From Oopsacas minuta (Eukaryota > Animalia > Porifera), in NCBI GenBank assembly GCA_024704765.1, contig JAKMXF010000309.1, positions 124,001 through 188,000 of the forward strand: a DNA stretch of 64,000 bases, written 5' to 3'. Under the pieces are notes generated by a model. It did not search any database. It was not told where the DNA came from and saw only the letters and a program-made list of their open reading frames with translations. The position numbers were made by a program, and so were the translations under genes. Positions within the stretch are counted from its first letter, which is position 1; each line of letters begins with the position of its first letter. Of the stretch, positions 58,501 through 64,000 are shown in pieces.

Positions 58501-59648
58501 GACGTTTGTGCATAGGTCCGCGGGTCTTATCATATCATTTATCAAATTTACACACGTTTTGGTATGTAGATATTTCAAAGTAATGCTAAATTCATTGTTT
58601 CCAAGGCTAATTAGGGATAATCGAGTATACAGATATCCAAAATTTGATATTTTTAACATTCTTTCTACAAATTTTTGGAAGATTTTGTCATACGTAATAA
58701 GATCCAATAAATTGCAATAATTTCCTTATATGGAAGTGACATGGCCATTGCCTGTGTTGAAGGAATCTGGTATAGAATAATTCCTAATTATTTAAAACAC
58801 ACCTTTTCTCTGCACCATTTCCTCAGTGAATACCTTAACATCATATTGTATTATTTCTCTGCATTTAACTTCTAACTGAAAGAAGTTTACTAGTAATGGT
58901 ATTTTCCTTCCAATCTTTCCAAAGTCTGGCCTTTTTGGTGGAAAGAAATTCTTCTCTGTTTGCACAATAGAAATTTGGATACAGGTGTAGCACCAGGTGA
59001 ACCTCTTGCTATAGACAGAAAATGGTAAATTAAAAAATACATAGTAATTTCAAGATTTTGCTTATGGTATGAACATGATCTATGAAACATGATCAATGAA
59101 TTTAACTTTTGACATTAAATTTTGACTTTTGGCATGAATTATGAACTTTTGAATGAAAATAGCATGGAATTTTAACTTTTGACAATAATATTTTGCTTAT
59201 GACATGAACTTTCGTTTTGGCAGGAATATAGCATGAACTTTCGAGTTTGTGAAATGAACACTGTGGGTATATCATCTGGCAACGCTGCCATGAAGATTTC
59301 GAAATTATATAAATAGTTATATACTATGATATCATAGCTTAATATTGGAGCAAATATATATTTTCGAGTTATCTTACCAGGTAGAGCAGGTTCAGAAGGT
59401 ACAGCAATTTCCCCGGTAGGCATAGAACTTGTGATAGTAGGTTCTAGCTGTAATTGCTGTAGCGAAGCAGTAGGTAATTGAGAGCTTGATGTAGGGTCAC
59501 TCAGTGAGGAGGTAGAAGGTGACCCACCCCCAGAGTTAGGACTTGAGCTATCGGATGATGGGGGAGAGCTGTTTTTTCCACGCCTTCCGCGCCTCTTTCT
59601 CCCACCATTTCCACCAGTTGCACCATCTTGTTGATTAGGCTGATCCAT
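49585..59648 (-). CDS. AGO: Argonaute (AGO clade), 8 exons, ~978 aa
   Basis: Exons 59648-59378, 58955-58803, 58172-57926, 54579-53969, 53370-53168, 52602-52026, 51306-50991 and 50143-49585; all GT-AG with consistent phases. Motifs PPKRPDFG, PIYDGR, LPIELC, TQCV, KINAKLGG, GADVNHP, RDGVSEGQF, VQKRH, YYSHWVA and TMYWA*. Confidence 0.95.
50261..50425. mobile_element. piggyBac-like MITE in AGO intron 7
   Basis: TTAA-CCATGGTTGGTG ... CACCATCCATGG-TTCA. The same left end (ttaaccatggatggtgg) occurs at ~58260. Confidence 0.5.
51748..51836. mobile_element. hAT-type MITE, 89 bp, in AGO intron 6
   Basis: TIR CAAGGTT...AACCTTG with 8-bp flanks AGTTTAAT / AGTTAAAT. Related copies at 5465, 22594 and 23905. 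Confidence 0.75.
55039..56033 (-). pseudogene. NHL-repeat gene, left arm of the intronic inverted repeat; frameshift at ~55358
   Basis: ORFs 55320-56033 and 55039-55278 are one gene split by a missing base (ctggat-gatc vs ctggatCgatc in the right arm). Confidence 0.85.
55111..57268. repeat. Inverted repeat, arms ~55111-56133 and ~56247-57268, 113-bp spacer, inside AGO intron 3 (54580-57925)
   Basis: tacactaaatgatatgactaataagttcgtaat (56101-56133) is the exact reverse complement of 56247-56279. Similarity extends ~1 kb outward. Confidence 0.95.
56346..57296 (+). pseudogene. NHL-repeat gene, right arm; frameshifts at ~56355, ~56763 and ~57215-57240
   Basis: atggctacag-taatcc vs atggctacagCtaatcc, and cact-tataatg vs cactGtataatg in the left arm. 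Confidence 0.85.
57410..57573. mobile_element. hAT-like MITE in AGO intron 3
   Basis: CAGTGTTTCCC ... GGGAAACACACTG; TSD imperfect. Confidence 0.5.
59080..59260. repeat. Degenerate AT-rich tandem array (catgaacttt-like motif) in AGO intron 1
   Basis: Repeated atgaacttt/taactttt units; similar sequence at ~47720-47820. Confidence 0.45.
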
Positions 59649-60889
59649 GACACAGTAGTAAATATTTAAGCTAGGCTTGATCTTGAATAAATTTCAAAAT
59701 AGGTTCCCATACTTTTGTAGCTTGGGATATGACAATGGGGGTGAAGTCTTTAAAAAAATATTGTGAACATGAATTCATTACTAGTGAGCCCTAGAAGTGT
59801 CGAAATCGAGTGTTTTTGCCGCTGCAAAATGTATGAAGAAAAATACTAAAAAACATTATTTCTACTAGTGAAGTTATGGTGTGACGAATTGTCTTGAGAT
59901 ACAATTTTCCGAGAAGAGGGCTGTCTAACCTACATTCATGCAATTTTGGGCATATAAACAGACTCATAGTTTTTGAGATATGTCCATGCAAAGTGGTTGC
60001 GCATGAACAATGTGGCACACTGTATTTTGTTAAATTTCAAGTTTCCATTGTAAATACCTCTAGAGATTATTCTTAGGGTCTACATGTAAATAATTGTCGA
60101 TTGGGTGGGGAGGTTATACGAGGATCCAAATTTACTCTAATGACTATTAATAGTATTCTAAGGAACTGATTTACTTATCTGGAAACTCTTATAAGTACGA
60201 GAATTCCTTCAGCGACTATTGAATAAGAATAGCAATTACCTGTGGCTAAATCCTTATAAGTTAAAAATAGCTTAAATACAAATTGCAATGGTTAATCTAC
60301 GTATATAAGATTGGAATGATTGAAAATCACGCAATAAGTCACAAAGACAAACAAGAAGCCAAATATACGTTTGGCATACATCATAGCAATAAGCAAAAAT
60401 TTGGCTGAATAATACTTACCATTCCAGCTATTCGGCAAAAAGTAGTAATGGAGTCTTATAATATAAAATCTTAAATCACCGTCTGTGCCGACGTGAAATT
60501 TTACCGAATTAATTCTAGTGGATTATTGAAACTATATTATTCTAGTAAATTTCCGTTTTAGCAAAGAAAGATAAAATTGAATTTTACTAATCTTATTAGG
60601 CATAGAAAATGTTGAAATCGAATTCTATTTTAACAAGTGGAAGCTAATCTCTATGAAAATGTAGCTAATGACATGAATTCCCTCAAAACACACTTTTGGG
60701 ACAATTTGTTGTAATTTAGCTTTTAGGCTTGCGGACTAGCAATTAAAGGGTTCGTCTAACGGGCAATTATCGTTTCGAACGATGAACACGGTTACCATGG
60801 AAATACCCAATACATACAACATTGAAAGGTCATTTTCAAAGAATCCTGAAAAATGTACCTTTGATGTTATTAAAATAATTCTTCCAGAT

Positions 60890-60970
60890 CAGTGGTCCTT
60901 AACCTGTGGTCCGCGAAGGCTTGAATTTTATATTAAATGACCCGCGAGCGAAAAACGCCAAGAACCACTA
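60890..60970. mobile_element. hAT-type MITE, 81 bp, 8-bp TSD
   Basis: CAGTGGTCCTTAACC ... CCAAGAACCACTA, flanked by TTCCAGAT / TTCTAGAT. Confidence 0.7.
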
Positions 60971-61308
60971 TTCTAGATGGTGGTGGCAAATTCTTATTCA
61001 CAAGTCTTGGAGCATTTTCTACCCCAGGCGCCTATCCAAGCCGCCAGGTATATTCAGGGAAAAATGGTATTTAAAATAACCAAATTAGATATTACTTAAT
61101 ATGACCAAAATTGTGATAAATACATAAACATTCACCATAATCAACAACAACAACACACACACACAAAATGGATGTACAACAATAATAGTAATGTACTGCT
61201 ACAGTTTTGAATAGCATGCACTCTTAGTGTCTATCTTTACAAACCTTATCTCACTATAATATCTATACACAAAATAATTAGAGAATATATTTTTAATTAC
61301 TTTTTTGG

Positions 61309-63429
61309 CTACTTTTGAACTTCAAAACTGCGTTCATCAACTGAATACTTCGTTCCTAAAAGTTGTTCATGGAGTTCTGGTTCATCTCGTAAGATGCGAG
61401 ACATCTTATCACGCAATTCTGGTTTCTGTATTAGCTCATTACTGAAATTCGCCTTTACTTGTGGGTTAGTTTTTAACGCATGTACCATACTAGATCTTAA
61501 ACGTTCGTCATTTAATACTGCACCCAGTTTGAGTTGGCTGCCAACTGGGTTGGCGCTTCCTTTTTCATGAGCACGCCTAGCCGGATGGTTAAGAGGGAGG
61601 CCAGCTATATTTCCACGAACCTTAAGTGCTTCATCCGGCAATTCAAAAAGCGTAAAATAATTGATATCTCTTGGGCTTATAAATGGACAAAATTTAATAC
61701 CATACATGTCAATAAAATTGCCCATTATTCCGTTATGAAAATAGCTCCTTGACTCGTTATAATTCGCGCGTAATGTATACTTATGTCTGTTCATATATTC
61801 GTTAGTTGTCTGACCGATGACTAGGTTAGCGACTAGTTGACCAACCAAAAGAAAAACTACCCAAACACACATAATCGAGGTTAATAATATCATCCAAAAT
61901 GCCCATGGTGAACACATACCAGCTTCATGCAAAGTTGGGAAATATCCTTCCGCGTTTTTAACACCATCACATTCTTGGAGGAAAAACATTACACCGTTAT
62001 AGAATAATATGCATAACATGACCGAACCACTGGTCAGGAAGGTAATGAAATAATGATGGTTCTGTACACCAATACAGTTGTCAACCCACGGACAATGATG
62101 GTCAAATTTGGCTACACAATGGTTACAAACAGGGCAGTGCTTTGATCGTAATGGTTTTCGTATTAGACAGGTTGTACAGAAATTTGAATACTTGAATTCG
62201 TTCGCTTCACACATCTGGATCACCTCAGCATATGGATCACTTTTTGATGCATGAATTATCCCAGGCGAACTCGTAGTTGATTTATAAAAGGACCACAACA
62301 TTATCACAGAAGTTGTCCATATCGTGAGTTGCCATGGCAACGTGATTGCTATGCCATTAGCAAATCCGTAAAAGAATGTTGTGAAATATGCGTAGAATAT
62401 GTAACTAGCAACGAATGAAACAAAGTATGGGAAATGTGGATAAACTGTGGGTAAAAGTAGGCTTGCAGTGAAGCATGTAAAACCGGAAATTAAGAAGAAA
62501 AACGCGAAGAATAACAGTAATTGTGTTGACATACTTGCTACGTATCCGACACTACCAATAAATAGAAACGGCAATAAACACATAAAATTTCGTGCGAAAG
62601 TTGGATTTTTTGTGATACGCTTGAAGAGGGTTGATTTGTCTTGAAATTTTATTCGCTTTTGAATTCCATCTATAACTGCCAAATGTTTGAACTCAAAAGC
62701 ATAGTCCAATGCATTTTGATTCTCTTCATTATACACGTGTAATGAAGCTTTTCCCGTTTCAATAAGAACTTCTATTGCAAGATGGTTTGCTAGCCGAATT
62801 GCATGGTGTAATGCAGTGTTACCATGGATGTCTTTCTCATTTACAGGTGAACCGAGTTTAACTAATAACCGTGTGGGATCGTAGCCGAACGAACGCGACA
62901 CGCCTAATATCAAAGGGGTCTGACCACTCACATCCTTTGAATCGAGTAATTCCGGCACTTTGGCGCCTAAATACGCGATTATATCAATGAAAGAGAACTG
63001 AGAAGCAACATGCAAGCTATTCTTCCCTTCTATATCAGCTGATCCAGCATTTGCACCATATTTTAACAGTAAAACTACCATTTTTAGATGTCCCTCCCTC
63101 GTAGCCCAATGTAACGGCGATGCGTGTAATTGTCCACCTACTGCGTTGACGTCAGCACCTTTGTGTATGAAATATTCCGCGATTTCAATGCGGTTATTAA
63201 TAGCAGCCCAATGGAGTAATGTTATACCCTCAGCATCACCAATAGTTACATCAACTCGTTGTTTTTCTATTATATCAGCACACCTTATTAGATATCCGTA
63301 TTGAGTTGCTTGGATTATATCCATAGTTGCTGGATCAGGTTTTTGAGGAGGAGGTGGGGGCTTTGAGGTTGTTGGCTTTGGAAGGGAATCGTCATCAGAT
63401 TGGTGTGTGTCTGTTTGATCATCAGACAT
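61309..63429 (-). CDS. ZDHHC17: Ankyrin-repeat DHHC palmitoyltransferase (HIP14/ZDHHC17-like), intronless, 706 aa
   Basis: '[10 protein letters not shown]' and '[10 protein letters not shown]' ankyrins; '[27 protein letters not shown]' with intact DHHC; 'TTNE' motif. Confidence 0.92.
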   Translation of the reverse strand: MSDDQTDTHQSDDDSLPKPTTSKPPPPPQKPDPATMDIIQATQYGYLIRCADIIEKQRVDVTIGDAEGITLLHWAAINNRIEIAEYFIHKGADVNAVGGQLHASPLHWATREGHLKMVVLLLKYGANAGSADIEGKNSLHVASQFSFIDIIAYLGAKVPELLDSKDVSGQTPLILGVSRSFGYDPTRLLVKLGSPVNEKDIHGNTALHHAIRLANHLAIEVLIETGKASLHVYNEENQNALDYAFEFKHLAVIDGIQKRIKFQDKSTLFKRITKNPTFARNFMCLLPFLFIGSVGYVASMSTQLLLFFAFFFLISGFTCFTASLLLPTVYPHFPYFVSFVASYIFYAYFTTFFYGFANGIAITLPWQLTIWTTSVIMLWSFYKSTTSSPGIIHASKSDPYAEVIQMCEANEFKYSNFCTTCLIRKPLRSKHCPVCNHCVAKFDHHCPWVDNCIGVQNHHYFITFLTSGSVMLCILFYNGVMFFLQECDGVKNAEGYFPTLHEAGMCSPWAFWMILLTSIMCVWVVFLLVGQLVANLVIGQTTNEYMNRHKYTLRANYNESRSYFHNGIMGNFIDMYGIKFCPFISPRDINYFTLFELPDEALKVRGNIAGLPLNHPARRAHEKGSANPVGSQLKLGAVLNDERLRSSMVHALKTNPQVKANFSNELIQKPELRDKMSRILRDEPELHEQLLGTKYSVDERSFEVQK

Positions 63430-63725
63430 TTGGAAATTTTGTCAATATAGCTCTAATTAGTTTGATAAATACAGTAGAATGGTTAGTACTTACTATTCTC
63501 CAAAACGAAGTATCAATCCTACACTAATTTGTATGGGAAGAAAATTGGATAAGACGTAATTTTCGTTTCCCGTGCGGGTACGTCTTTTCCGAGTGGACGT
63601 CGTACATCGTCCATGCCATCAAGGCATCTCCCTATCCCCCTTGGATACGCCCTGATATTGAACGTTTTGGTAAATCAGATAAGAAATGTACCATTAACAA
63701 ACATGTAAAATTGAAGACAAACAAA

Positions 63726-64000
63726 TCAATTCTTCACACTAGAATCTCTACTCCGATACCTTATTCCAGCATCCCTTAATTCTTCAACTTTTGTACTCGG
63801 TAATTCACCTGTCACAGATATCGCATAACAACCTGGTACGAATCCCTCCAAACGTTTCCACTTACCAACCCAACTGTCCTTCGGTGACATTAATGAGATA
63901 ATCCCATCATATGTATTACTAGTGAAATCATCAACCAATGCTTTGTTTTTACGCATTTTGAGTAAATGTTCACAATTATCACATCCATAGTATAGGAAAT
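63726..64000 (-). CDS. SUPT4H1: Transcription elongation factor Spt4, 3' part; the 5' end lies beyond the window
   Basis: 'GCDNC...TSNTYDGIISLMSPKDSWVGKW...PGCYAISVTGELP...YRSRD'. Confidence 0.93.
   Translation of the reverse strand, partial: FLYYGCDNCEHLLKMRKNKALVDDFTSNTYDGIISLMSPKDSWVGKWKRLEGFVPGCYAISVTGELPSTKVEELRDAGIRYRSRDSSVKN

Noticed and set aside
59080-59260. CRISPR-like array
   Set aside because: The units are degenerate and irregular, with no constant repeat plus unique spacers and no cas genes, in a eukaryotic intron.
49585-59648. Prokaryotic Argonaute or bacterial defence island
   Set aside because: Spliceosomal introns with consistent phases, eukaryotic AGO-clade motifs and animal neighbouring genes.
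1-64000. tRNA or rRNA genes
   Set aside because: None recognised by eye; tRNAscan-SE or Infernal would be needed to exclude them.

Overview
Compact, AT-rich, intron-poor animal genomic DNA. The NHL-repeat, TRAF-like and TRPA expansions suggest a sponge, probably a hexactinellid such as Oopsacas; this is inference only. In order, the window holds: three MATE copies in alternating orientation (copies 1 and 2 form a ~1.1 kb-arm palindrome), an Aa_trans-family transporter, TMCC (3 exons), an SLC15/POT transporter, IQUB (3 exons), TOLLIP with three tandem coiled-coil + Tollip-C2 derivatives, a Gal-3-O-sulfotransferase, a neutral sphingomyelinase, two intronless TRPA-like channels, a TRAF-like gene, a hexose-6-phosphate 1-epimerase, PPP4R2 (apparent frameshift), an 8-exon AGO-clade Argonaute with an intact DEDH tetrad, ZDHHC17-like and partial SPT4. 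There are also several NHL pseudogenes and many MITEs. Four observations stand out. (1) A ~1 kb-arm inverted repeat of two frameshifted NHL genes lies inside Argonaute intron 3 and could form a long hairpin in the Ago pre-mRNA. (2) The domain-shuffled Tollip-C2 cluster. (3) Almost all genes lie on the minus strand, several with acceptor-like AG sites just upstream of the ATG, which may reflect SL trans-splicing. (4) The TRPA paralogs share a short near-identical tract and a conserved set of extracellular cysteines. Everything was read by eye with no database searches. Recurrent 1-nt indels may be assembly errors.
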